Made by a program: the position numbers and the translations under genes. From the NCBI GenBank assembly GCA_029859385.1, contig JAOUDF010000003.1:1-37221 (forward strand): a stretch of 37,221 bases of DNA. Direction: 5' to 3'. This DNA comes from Nitrospirota bacterium. GTDB lineage: Bacteria > Nitrospirota > JAOUDF01. Position 1 is the first letter of the stretch; each line of letters begins with the position of its first letter. The notes below the pieces were generated by a model. That model saw nothing but the letters and a program-made list of their open reading frames with translations, was not told the DNA's origin and searched no databases. This document shows positions 18,096 to 25,981 of this stretch, in pieces.

Positions 18096-18132
18096 AAAAA
18101 AAGGCCCCGCAGGAAATTCCCACGGGGCCTTT
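18096..18132 (-). terminator. Intrinsic terminator after csp
   Basis: AAAGGCCCCG..CGGGGCCTTT stem with a 7-T run on the minus strand. Confidence 0.8.
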
Positions 18133-18148
18133 CTGAAAACAGGCTTAT

Positions 18149-18358
18149 TTAGGACACCTTGGTGACGTTGGAAGCCTGAGGCCCTTTCTCACCCTGAATA
18201 ATATCGAACTCAACCTTCTGCCCTTCGGCGAGGGACTTGAACCCATCCCCCTGAATGCTGGAGAAGTGAACGAATACATCCTGCCCGCTCTCCTGCTCGA
18301 TAAAACCATAACCCTTTGCGTCGTTAAACCACTTTACCTTACCGATGTTGTTTGCCAC
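18149..18358 (-). CDS. csp: Cold-shock protein (CspA family)
   Basis: [15 protein letters not shown] and DVFVHFS. GTG start with AGGAGG RBS. Confidence 0.96.
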   Translation of the reverse strand: MANNIGKVKWFNDAKGYGFIEQESGQDVFVHFSSIQGDGFKSLAEGQKVEFDIIQGEKGPQASNVTKVS

Positions 18359-18761
18359 TTCCAAACCTCCTGATGCTGTGCAGGTAATGCCCTTGTTACC
18401 TGTATAACCGTTGAACCTTTTTTTGAAAGGGCGAGAAAACTCCCTTTCACTCTCCCTTTTTTATAACCGTTAGTGCTGTGCCGTTTCACCTCCTGCTGCC
18501 GTTGACCATCCACACTTCGCGGGCTTTCACTTCCCGGGGCACCATGGATGAAGCCCACAGGCCGTCCCGCGGCCGAATCAATACCGCTAAAACAGGCTGT
18601 CGATAAACGTAGCATGTTTTCCATTGGTGTCAAGCGCCTTTTGATATGACAAAGGTCATCCAGGGCTCAATCGACCAACCATGCTCGTTCCGTGCGACAC
18701 CGCTTCAATACTCGAACGGCGCAGAATAACAATAACATACTTCATATCCGGCGACGGTCTC

Positions 18762-19436
18762 TTAAAAAAAATTAATTAACGGACATCGCTCACAATCGGG
18801 CCGGGAGGGCCGGCAGTAATCCTTTCCCGTCTTAACGATGAGGGCATGGTAGTCGTTGTAAAGGGCAACACCCATGGGGAGCCTTTTTACAAAATAATCC
18901 TGCACCTCGTGATAGGTGGCATCATCGCCAAAACAGCCGTGGCGGGAGAATATCCGCTTCGTGTAGGCGTCGACCACAAAGGACGGCAGGTTGGCCGCGT
19001 AGAGGAGTATGGAGTCGGCCGTCTCGGGCCCGATCCCCTTTACCTCAAGAAGCTCGTGCCGCAGCCGCTTCAGCCCTACTGCGAACAAGGCGTCGAGGTC
19101 GCCGCCGTGCGGTCCAAAGAGGTAGTCCAGAAACGCCCCTATCCGCCTCGCCTTTATGTTGAAGTATCCGGCGGGCCGGATCAGCGCGGCCAGCTCCTTT
19201 TCGGCAAGCTTCCTCATGGCATCGGGCGACAGCACACCGGCCTTCTTCAGGTTGGCGATGGCCTTTTCCACATTGGTCCATGCCGTGTTCTGGGTAAGGA
19301 TGGCGCCGATGATCACCTCGAAGGGGGTCTCCCCCGGCCACCAGTGTTGTGGCCCGAACGCGGCGTACATGGCCTCATAGACCTCCATGAGGTCCGGTAC
19401 CTGCTTTACGGCCGGTGGCGTCCACTTTTTTTTCAT
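18762..19436 (-). CDS. Endonuclease III-domain (HhH-GPD) DNA glycosylase-like protein
   Basis: GAILTQNT.W, IRPAGYFNIKA, HhH motif LLEVKGIGPETADSILLY, VVDAY and CX6CX2C. Confidence 0.9.
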   Translation of the reverse strand: MKKKWTPPAVKQVPDLMEVYEAMYAAFGPQHWWPGETPFEVIIGAILTQNTAWTNVEKAIANLKKAGVLSPDAMRKLAEKELAALIRPAGYFNIKARRIGAFLDYLFGPHGGDLDALFAVGLKRLRHELLEVKGIGPETADSILLYAANLPSFVVDAYTKRIFSRHGCFGDDATYHEVQDYFVKRLPMGVALYNDYHALIVKTGKDYCRPSRPDCERCPLINFF

Positions 19437-20008
19437 GCCACCCTCACCGCCCGGGGTTGCTGCACCCGCCTTCCCGTCACCTCGCCGAATTTTTCCTGAA
19501 GCCCTTTCATATTCAGATGTAGAAATTCCATCAGCCCCTCCGGAGGATTACTTGCAAGATAGCCATTGGCCAGGGCCTCCATCTTTTCGTTGTAGCGCTT
19601 GCGGGACGATCCATGAGCGTAGTTTCTCGAGTTGAAGCGCCTGAGGTCGCCGTTGAAGTCGGGGCTGATATGATAAAGCTCGTGCACAATGGTCGTAAGT
19701 TTCTGAAAGAAGGGGAGGTCAATAAATCGCGGCGATGCCAGGTAGATCACGTAGAGAAGCTCCTTGTCCCGATGTATGAAGGTCTGCATCCGGTAGCGGC
19801 GCATCCCCTTCGCCACCTCGCGAACCCCGCCCTCGAATCTCAGCGGGGCTATCTGGGCATAGGCGCCGCCCCTGCCGCCGGAACGCGATGTCGTGAAGGC
19901 CACCGAAACGTGGGACATGTCGATGTGGGACAGCTCGGGGCAACGCCTGACGATGTCTTCCATCAGGTCTGCCACATGACGGGTATAGTCAAAAGGGGGG
20001 CACTTCAT
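19433..20008 (-). CDS. Putative metallopeptidase (HExxH, phage-metallopeptidase-like)
   Basis: CPELSHID..V, PRF.DL..QKL.TIVHELYHI.P.F.GD. Stop overlaps the next start (ATGA). Confidence 0.75.
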   Translation of the reverse strand: MKCPPFDYTRHVADLMEDIVRRCPELSHIDMSHVSVAFTTSRSGGRGGAYAQIAPLRFEGGVREVAKGMRRYRMQTFIHRDKELLYVIYLASPRFIDLPFFQKLTTIVHELYHISPDFNGDLRRFNSRNYAHGSSRKRYNEKMEALANGYLASNPPEGLMEFLHLNMKGLQEKFGEVTGRRVQQPRAVRVA

Positions 20009-20043
20009 GATCTTGAATCGTGTCAGTTCGAAAATAAGGGCTT

Positions 20044-21372
20044 CTATGGTTCGACCAGCAGCACCTGCACATCCATCACATTGGTGCCGGTAGGGCCGGT
20101 GATCAGATGGTGCCGCTCACCGGAGAGTCTATCCAGTTGCTCAAAAAAAGTATAGGAATCGTTGCGGGCGAGAAAATCTTCCGGCTCGATACCGAACCCT
20201 CTCGCCCGGCCTGCCGTCTTTCCGTCCACCATGGCCCCGGCCGCGTCCGTCGGGCCGTCGTTTCCGTCGGTGCCACCCGAGAGGAAATCGATCCCCTCCG
20301 TACCTTCTATTTCCATGGCGAAGGCAAGGGCCATCTCCTGATTTCGCCCCCCTTTGCCACTACCCTTCACCGTTACGGTGGTTTCACCGCCGGCGATGAT
20401 GCAACGCCTGCCGCCGCCATGTCTCAAGCCATCCCGCCCCACCCCGGCCAGATAGCGGGCTGCATCGGCGGCCTCTCCCTGAAGTTCGGCGGTGACCACT
20501 TCAGTTGCATATCCAAGAGATTCGGCCTTGGACCGCGCAGCTTCCAGGGCCAGCGCCAGTGATCCGACCACCAGCGGGGAAGAACCGCTGAAGCATGCGG
20601 CCCGCGCCTTTGGGGTATCGGCAATCTTTCCGGCCTCTCCCTCGACCAGATACCTGGCCGCTGCCGCGGGCAAACGATCCTCAAGTCCGTATTTTCTAAT
20701 TACCTTCAGCGCATCGGCAAAGGTTGAACCGTCGGGTACCGTAGGCCCCGAGGCTATGACATCAAGCCGGTCGCCGATAACGTCGGAGAGGATAAGGGTT
20801 GCCAGGGTAGCAGGGTGCGCCAGCTCGGCCAATCTTCCGCCCTTGACCTTTGAAAGGTGCTTCCGGACCGCGTTCAGTTCCCCGATGGGAGCGCCGGCCC
20901 GTAAAAGGAGATCGGTGACCGCCTGCTTGTCGCCAAGGCTAAGCCCCTCCGCCGGTGACACCAGCAGTGCCGATCCCCCGCCCGAGAGGAGGCAGATTAC
21001 GAGGGTCTTTTCATCCGCCTCTTTCAGCATGCGGACGATCTCTTCCGTCCCCTTCACTCCGGCCTCGTCCGGAAGCGGGTGGGCGGCCTCCACCTGGCGT
21101 ATCCTCCCCAAAGACCCAGTGTGGCCGTACTTCACCACGACGAGCCCTTGGTCGATCCTGTCGCCCAGTATTTCTTCCATGGCTCTCGCCATGGGCGCCG
21201 TACCCTTGCCCGCGCCCACCACGATTATCCTGTTGAAGCAGTCCAGGGCATATGACGCACTGCCCACGTACAGGCGATTACCCTCCAACCGTACGGCATT
21301 TTTGACCGCTCGCCAAGGATCGGCCGCCTCCAGGGCAGCCTTGAAGATAGTGGTGAGGATCTGATCCTTCAT
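20044..21372 (-). CDS. Glycerate 2-kinase (DUF4147/MOFRL, TtuD/GckA type)
   Basis: GAGKG, SGGGSAL, RKHLSKVKGG, IASGPT, GGETTV, GGRNQE, GTDGNDG and TGTNVMD. Confidence 0.93.
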   Translation of the reverse strand: MKDQILTTIFKAALEAADPWRAVKNAVRLEGNRLYVGSASYALDCFNRIIVVGAGKGTAPMARAMEEILGDRIDQGLVVVKYGHTGSLGRIRQVEAAHPLPDEAGVKGTEEIVRMLKEADEKTLVICLLSGGGSALLVSPAEGLSLGDKQAVTDLLLRAGAPIGELNAVRKHLSKVKGGRLAELAHPATLATLILSDVIGDRLDVIASGPTVPDGSTFADALKVIRKYGLEDRLPAAAARYLVEGEAGKIADTPKARAACFSGSSPLVVGSLALALEAARSKAESLGYATEVVTAELQGEAADAARYLAGVGRDGLRHGGGRRCIIAGGETTVTVKGSGKGGRNQEMALAFAMEIEGTEGIDFLSGGTDGNDGPTDAAGAMVDGKTAGRARGFGIEPEDFLARNDSYTFFEQLDRLSGERHHLITGPTGTNVMDVQVLLVEP

Positions 21373-21410
21373 TCTGAAACCCTCAAAGAGATCAGCCCGT
21401 CAGCCACAGA

Positions 21411-21647
21411 CTATTTCTCCCGTGTGTAGACGATCTTCTTCGTGCCGCCTTCGCAGCTGCCAATCACTTTGCCCTCACCCTTTTCCTCTTCAACCTTGTC
21501 GCTGGGAACAAGCCTGAGGCTGTAATTCTTTATCCCCTTGGCCTCCAGTTTCGCCTCGATATCCTTCACCACCTCTTCGCAGGGCGTACCTGCAAAGACC
21601 GGGGCAGCAACCATCAGCGCCAACACAGCAATCATCAATCTTTTCAT
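21411..21647 (-). CDS. DUF1161 (YnfD-like) small exported protein
   Basis: Signal peptide, then CEEV..I..K..Y.L..GKVIGSCEGGTKKIVY. Confidence 0.85.
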   Translation of the reverse strand: MKRLMIAVLALMVAAPVFAGTPCEEVVKDIEAKLEAKGIKNYSLRLVPSDKVEEEKGEGKVIGSCEGGTKKIVYTREK

Positions 21648-21791
21648 CCTGTTCCCTCCTTAGTAAAGAGATAGTGTCCGGACCACTATATCATAAATCA
21701 TCAGACCGGCCAGCCACAAGAGGCCTGATGCATGCAGTCCATTTGGGGACGCTCTTGTCTTGCCCTCACAAGCCTGTTACCCTGTCTGCCC

Positions 21792-23420
21792 ATGGACATC
21801 CTTGTAATCAGCGTCATCGTCGCCGAACTTTCCCGCCTCATCACCGGCAGCCGTATCGACAAGGTTGTCGAGGAGGCCGACGGCTCATTTCATTTCACCC
21901 TGCGGGGCAAAGGGACCAATTACCGCCTCCTTGTCTGCGCCAACCCGCCCCATCCGCGCATCCTTCTGACAAACAGTTCTCCCGTACCCATTGAGAAACC
22001 GTCGACCTTTCATCAGTTCCTGAAAAGCCGCCTGACGGGAGGCAGAATCACCCGGGTCGCCCGGGAGGGCCTTGACCGGATCGTGCGGATAAGTGTCGAG
22101 ACCGGCGGCCCCTTCGAGGCGAAACTGATCGACCTGATCATCGAACTTCCGGGCAAGAGCGCCAACATTATCGCTCTGGATGCCGACGGTGTCATCCTCG
22201 CCTGCCGCCGTACGATTCCCCTCACGGAGAGCGGAAGGGGCATCCTCCCCGGCCTGCGCTATACCCCGGCGGCCGCGCCAACCGGCGTCCCTCTGGACAG
22301 ACTCACCGAGCCGATCAGCATCGAACGGATTGCGGGGCTGAGCCCCCTTCTCAGAAAAGAGCTGACAACCCGCTCAGGCTCGAAGGACGAGACAATGGCA
22401 GCGATCAAAGACTTTCTTGCCGTACTGGAGGGCCGGGAATGCAAGCCGGTTATCTATCCCGCCGAGGGGGGAAACAAGGCAGTCCTCTCCGCAATTGCGC
22501 TTCTCCAGTTCGACGACCGGCACCATCTCTCCTTTGATTCCATGAACGAAGCGGCCGACAGTTTTTATCAGACACAGACCACGTCAGCAACCCCGCTCGA
22601 AACACTCCGGAGCGGCCTGCGGCAGAAGATGTCGAAACAACGGGAAAAGGTCCGCCGTACTGAGGCCGTAGTCCGTCGCGAGCTGTCGGCGTGGGAGGGT
22701 TCATCCCTCGACCTGGTAAAGGGTCAGACTATCCTCACCTGGCAGGGCCGCATACCCAAGGGTGTCGAGACAGTAGATCTGCCCGGTCCCGATGGCGACA
22801 ACATCAGCATAGCCCTCGATCCGGCGCTGTCTTTCCCTGCCAATGCCGAACGGTATTTCAAAAGATACAAGAAGGCGAAACGCGGGATGGAGACCTGCGC
22901 GGAGCGGCTGGACAAGCTCTCGCAGGACACCGAATATCTGGAACTGATGCTGGCGGCAATCGACACGGCCGATACTTCATCAGACCTGCGCCGCATCGAG
23001 GAGGAGCTGCAAACCGAAGGGTACATGAAGAAACCGGCGGCAACCTCTCAGTCCAGAAAGAAAGAACCGGCCTTTCAACCCAGAAAGGAGCAGATCGAGG
23101 GGTGGGAGGTCTGGGTCGGCCGCAGCGCCGGAGACAACGACGAGCTGCTTCGTCACGCCTCGCCGGACGACCTTTGGTTTCACGCCCACGGTGTGCCCGG
23201 CAGCCATGTCATCATCCGCAATCCGAACCGGAGCGAAATACCGCAGGAGGTCATCCACCGGGCGGCACGGTTCGCCGCACGGCACAGCAAGGCACGGAAT
23301 GAGGGGAAGGTCGAGGTGATCTATTGCCTGAGGAAATTCGTGCGGAAACCGCCCGGCGCCCGGCCCGGGCTGGTGACGGTTTCACCGTTTGACAGCATCA
23401 CCGTGACCGCTCCGTTTTAA
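21792..23420 (+). CDS. rqcH: NFACT/FbpA family ribosome quality control protein RqcH
   Basis: DRIV..ELPG..ANII (NFACT-N), coiled coil, NAERYFKRYKK, and GRSA..ND..DLWFHA..PGSHVII (NFACT-R/DUF814). Confidence 0.9.
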   Translation: MDILVISVIVAELSRLITGSRIDKVVEEADGSFHFTLRGKGTNYRLLVCANPPHPRILLTNSSPVPIEKPSTFHQFLKSRLTGGRITRVAREGLDRIVRISVETGGPFEAKLIDLIIELPGKSANIIALDADGVILACRRTIPLTESGRGILPGLRYTPAAAPTGVPLDRLTEPISIERIAGLSPLLRKELTTRSGSKDETMAAIKDFLAVLEGRECKPVIYPAEGGNKAVLSAIALLQFDDRHHLSFDSMNEAADSFYQTQTTSATPLETLRSGLRQKMSKQREKVRRTEAVVRRELSAWEGSSLDLVKGQTILTWQGRIPKGVETVDLPGPDGDNISIALDPALSFPANAERYFKRYKKAKRGMETCAERLDKLSQDTEYLELMLAAIDTADTSSDLRRIEEELQTEGYMKKPAATSQSRKKEPAFQPRKEQIEGWEVWVGRSAGDNDELLRHASPDDLWFHAHGVPGSHVIIRNPNRSEIPQEVIHRAARFAARHSKARNEGKVEVIYCLRKFVRKPPGARPGLVTVSPFDSITVTAPF

Positions 23421-23423
23421 CTT

Positions 23424-24143
23424 CTAGCGCGGCGTCTTTTTGTCTTTCTTGCGATTGCCGTTTTCAGGCTGATCGGGTGTCTCGGGCTGACCGAAGAGAC
23501 TGATCAGCCGTACCTCCACCTGGTCTATCGCCACGTTGTGCGGCACGGCGGAGTCGTTCCAGGTCTCGATATAGAGCGTTGCGGCCCGGCCCGTCAGCGG
23601 CACCGCGCTCATGAAGATGCGGTTCCAGCGGGGCTCCACGCTGGTCGTCGGAGAACTCCACCGTACAACGGCCGGTGGCTCATAGCCGCTGATGCCGTCG
23701 TAAACGCCGACACGGATATTGGTCCGTTTGGAACTGGCCAGCCCCCTTGCCGCGGGGTCGGCATACCACACCTCGATGGAGTAGAGCCCGGGGGGCAGCT
23801 TGAACGCCTGATAGATGCCGCCGCGCCACGGCCCGTCACCGTACCATCGCTGGGCCAGACGTCCCGAATAAATAGCCCCCAGCGGTTTGTAGATGACCTC
23901 GAACTCGGCCTTGCCAGAATATCTCAGCCTCGTCGACACATAGGGCATCCAGGGCATGGCGATGCCGTAACCCGAATCCCCAAGCCCCGTAAGGCCCCCT
24001 TCAAAATCGCCATTGGCCAGGAAACCCGGCTCGTCCATCGGCACGTCCGAGGGCGGCCCGTCACCCCGCCCCATGGCATTGGCAGGCGCAGCCAGGGCAG
24101 AGCAAGCAAGGACCAGCATCAATATGAGTATGCGACCCGTCAT
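23424..24143 (-). CDS. Exported protein with galactose-binding-like / CBM-type beta-sandwich
   Basis: Signal peptide ending ANA, then LANGDFEGG..W..GGIYQ..IDQV. CAGGAGG RBS before ATG 24143. Confidence 0.65.
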   Translation of the reverse strand: MTGRILILMLVLACSALAAPANAMGRGDGPPSDVPMDEPGFLANGDFEGGLTGLGDSGYGIAMPWMPYVSTRLRYSGKAEFEVIYKPLGAIYSGRLAQRWYGDGPWRGGIYQAFKLPPGLYSIEVWYADPAARGLASSKRTNIRVGVYDGISGYEPPAVVRWSSPTTSVEPRWNRIFMSAVPLTGRAATLYIETWNDSAVPHNVAIDQVEVRLISLFGQPETPDQPENGNRKKDKKTPR

Positions 24144-24226
24144 TTTTGCCTCCTGATGAAATATAACCCAATTCTCCGCATCATGTAATCCGATAAGTGA
24201 ATTTTCCACATCTGACGCATAACTGC

Positions 24227-24410
24227 GTGCCTGCACCCGGAAGGTTGGCGGGAGGGGTTTCAAGCGGGGATATGAGGGCGCGTTAAGTTAAATTTATAGT
24301 TTCCAGGCTACTCGCCGTCCATTCTGCACTGGATATATTGTTCCGTAAGTTTAAGGTGGCGCCATATCCCCTGTCGAAACCCCTCCCGCCAACCTTCCGG
24401 CTGCAGGCAC
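24227..24410. repeat. 48-bp inverted repeat pair (44/48 identical) flanking an 88-bp spacer
   Basis: 24227-24274 reads GTGCCTGCACCCGGAAGGTTGGCGGGAGGGGTTTCAAGCGGGGATATG. The reverse complement of 24363-24410 reads GTGCCTGCAGCCGGAAGGTTGGCGGGAGGGGTTTCGACAGGGGATATG. Confidence 0.92.
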
Positions 24411-24446
24411 ACACCACATAGATGTGAGCTGTTTTTATTTATGAAA

Positions 24447-24476
24447 GTTGACAAGAACTGACTCAAGTTTTATACT
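24447..24476 (+). promoter_or_regulatory. Sigma70 promoter of the dnaJ-hspR-clpB operon overlapped by a HAIR-like HspR operator
   Basis: TTGACA(24448)-17 nt-TATACT(24471). GTTGACA-N7-ACTCAAG compares with the HAIR consensus CTTGAGT-N7-ACTCAAG. Confidence 0.8.
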
Positions 24477-24492
24477 AACAGTTAGGTATACA

Positions 24493-24555
24493 GACTGAAG
24501 GCTGAAGGAAAGCAAGACTTGCAAGCCTCTACCTTCAGTCTTCGGCCTTCAGCCT
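24493..24555. repeat. Heptamer-repeat hairpin in the dnaJ leader
   Basis: GACTGAAG-GCTGAAGG followed later by CCTTCAGT-CTTCGGC-CTTCAGCC, complementary 7-mer units. Confidence 0.6.
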
Positions 24556-24580
24556 AACCACCTGATTTCAAAGGAAAACC

Positions 24581-25564
24581 ATGGCCAAACGTGATTTTTA
24601 CGAAATTCTGGGCGTCCCCCGGTCCGCGTCGGACAAGGAGATAAAGAAGGCCTACCGCCGCCTCGCCCGCAAGTACCATCCCGATGTCAATCCCGGCGAC
24701 AAGACCGCTGAGGCGAAATTCAAGGAGGTCAGCGAGGCCCACGAAATTCTCTCCGACCCGAAGAAGAAAGAGATGTACAACCGTTTCGGCCACCAGGCCT
24801 TTGAAGCCGGGTTCGGGGAAGGGGGCTTCGGCGGTGCGGGACAGGGCCCCCGCTCAGGCTCCTTCAAATTCAAGGATGGCGCCTTTCGTTTTGAAACTTC
24901 CGGACAAGGGGGCCCCGGCTTCGACTACGACATGTTTCGGGACATATTCGGCGAATCGGGATTTGGAGAAGGCTTTCGACAACGGGGGCCTGTAGCTCAC
25001 CGCGGCGAAGACCTCTCCCATGAGGTGGAGATCGATCTGGAAGATGCCATCTACGGGACATCGGTCCAACTGTCGATCCGCCGCTCAAACCGGACCGAGA
25101 CGATTTCCATAAAGATTCCGCCGGGCGCTGATGAAGGCTCCAGAATCCGCGTGGCCGGGAAGGGTGAGGAAGGCAGCGGCGGCGGCCCGGCGGGCGACCT
25201 CTATATCGTGACGCGGCTTCGGTCCCACGCCTTCTTCGAACGCAAGGGGAACGACCTCTACTGCACCATGCCGGTAACCGCCTCCGAGGCGGCCCTCGGC
25301 GCAAAGGTCGAAGTGCCGACAACGGCCGGCGTGGTCACCCTGACCGTACCGCCGGGCACCCAGAGCGGACAGAAACTCCGCCTCAAGGGGAAGGGCGTAC
25401 CGGCAATGAAAGGCGGAACACCCGGCGACCAGTATGTGGTTATCAGCATCACCGTCCCTCGGAAACTGGATGCGCGAACCGAAGAGCTTTTCAGGGAGAT
25501 CAAACGCCTGCACCCTGAAAATCCGCGACAGGAGATCAGCTTCAGGGGCTTCAGAAAGAGATGA
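24581..25564 (+). CDS. cbpA: DnaJ-class co-chaperone without zinc finger (CbpA/DnaJ2-like)
   Basis: J domain with HPD, G/F region and two C-terminal domains. No CxxCxGxG repeats. Confidence 0.88.
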   Translation: MAKRDFYEILGVPRSASDKEIKKAYRRLARKYHPDVNPGDKTAEAKFKEVSEAHEILSDPKKKEMYNRFGHQAFEAGFGEGGFGGAGQGPRSGSFKFKDGAFRFETSGQGGPGFDYDMFRDIFGESGFGEGFRQRGPVAHRGEDLSHEVEIDLEDAIYGTSVQLSIRRSNRTETISIKIPPGADEGSRIRVAGKGEEGSGGGPAGDLYIVTRLRSHAFFERKGNDLYCTMPVTASEAALGAKVEVPTTAGVVTLTVPPGTQSGQKLRLKGKGVPAMKGGTPGDQYVVISITVPRKLDARTEELFREIKRLHPENPRQEISFRGFRKR

Positions 25565-25578
25565 GGTGAGGTCCGCCA

Positions 25579-25977
25579 ATGGTACGGAAGAGTAAGAAAT
25601 ATTTCGTCATCAGCATCGCCTCGGAGATTCTGGAGGTCCACCCCCAGACCCTGCGGCAGTTCGAGAGAGAGGGGCTCGTCAAGCCGTCCCGCAGCCAGGG
25701 GAACGTAAGGCTCTATTCCGAGGAAGATATCGAACGGGTCAGGATGATCCTGCGTCTGCGGCGCGAACTGGGGGTAAACCTGGCCGGGATAGAGGTAATC
25801 CTCGGCATGCGCGAAAAGATGGAGGAGATGCAGCGGGAGATGCTGGAGACCTTTGACCAGATGCAGCGCTACGTCGCAACGGAACTGGCCCGGCGCAACG
25901 AACTGATGAAGCAGCCGTTGGCGAAACGTCCCCGTAGGGACATTGTAAAAATAAAGATTGAGGAAGACGAGGAGTAG
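25579..25977 (+). CDS. hspR: MerR-family heat-shock repressor HspR
   Basis: [42 protein letters not shown]. Located between dnaJ and clpB. Confidence 0.88.
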   Translation: MVRKSKKYFVISIASEILEVHPQTLRQFEREGLVKPSRSQGNVRLYSEEDIERVRMILRLRRELGVNLAGIEVILGMREKMEEMQREMLETFDQMQRYVATELARRNELMKQPLAKRPRRDIVKIKIEEDEE

Positions 25978-25981
25978 AACC

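Noticed and set aside
24227-24410. Inverted repeat read as a c-di-GMP/cGAMP riboswitch, sigma32 promoter or CRISPR repeat
   Set aside because: It lacks the GEMM core motifs, has no CCCCAT -10 at the right spacing, and consists of two inverted copies rather than spaced direct repeats.
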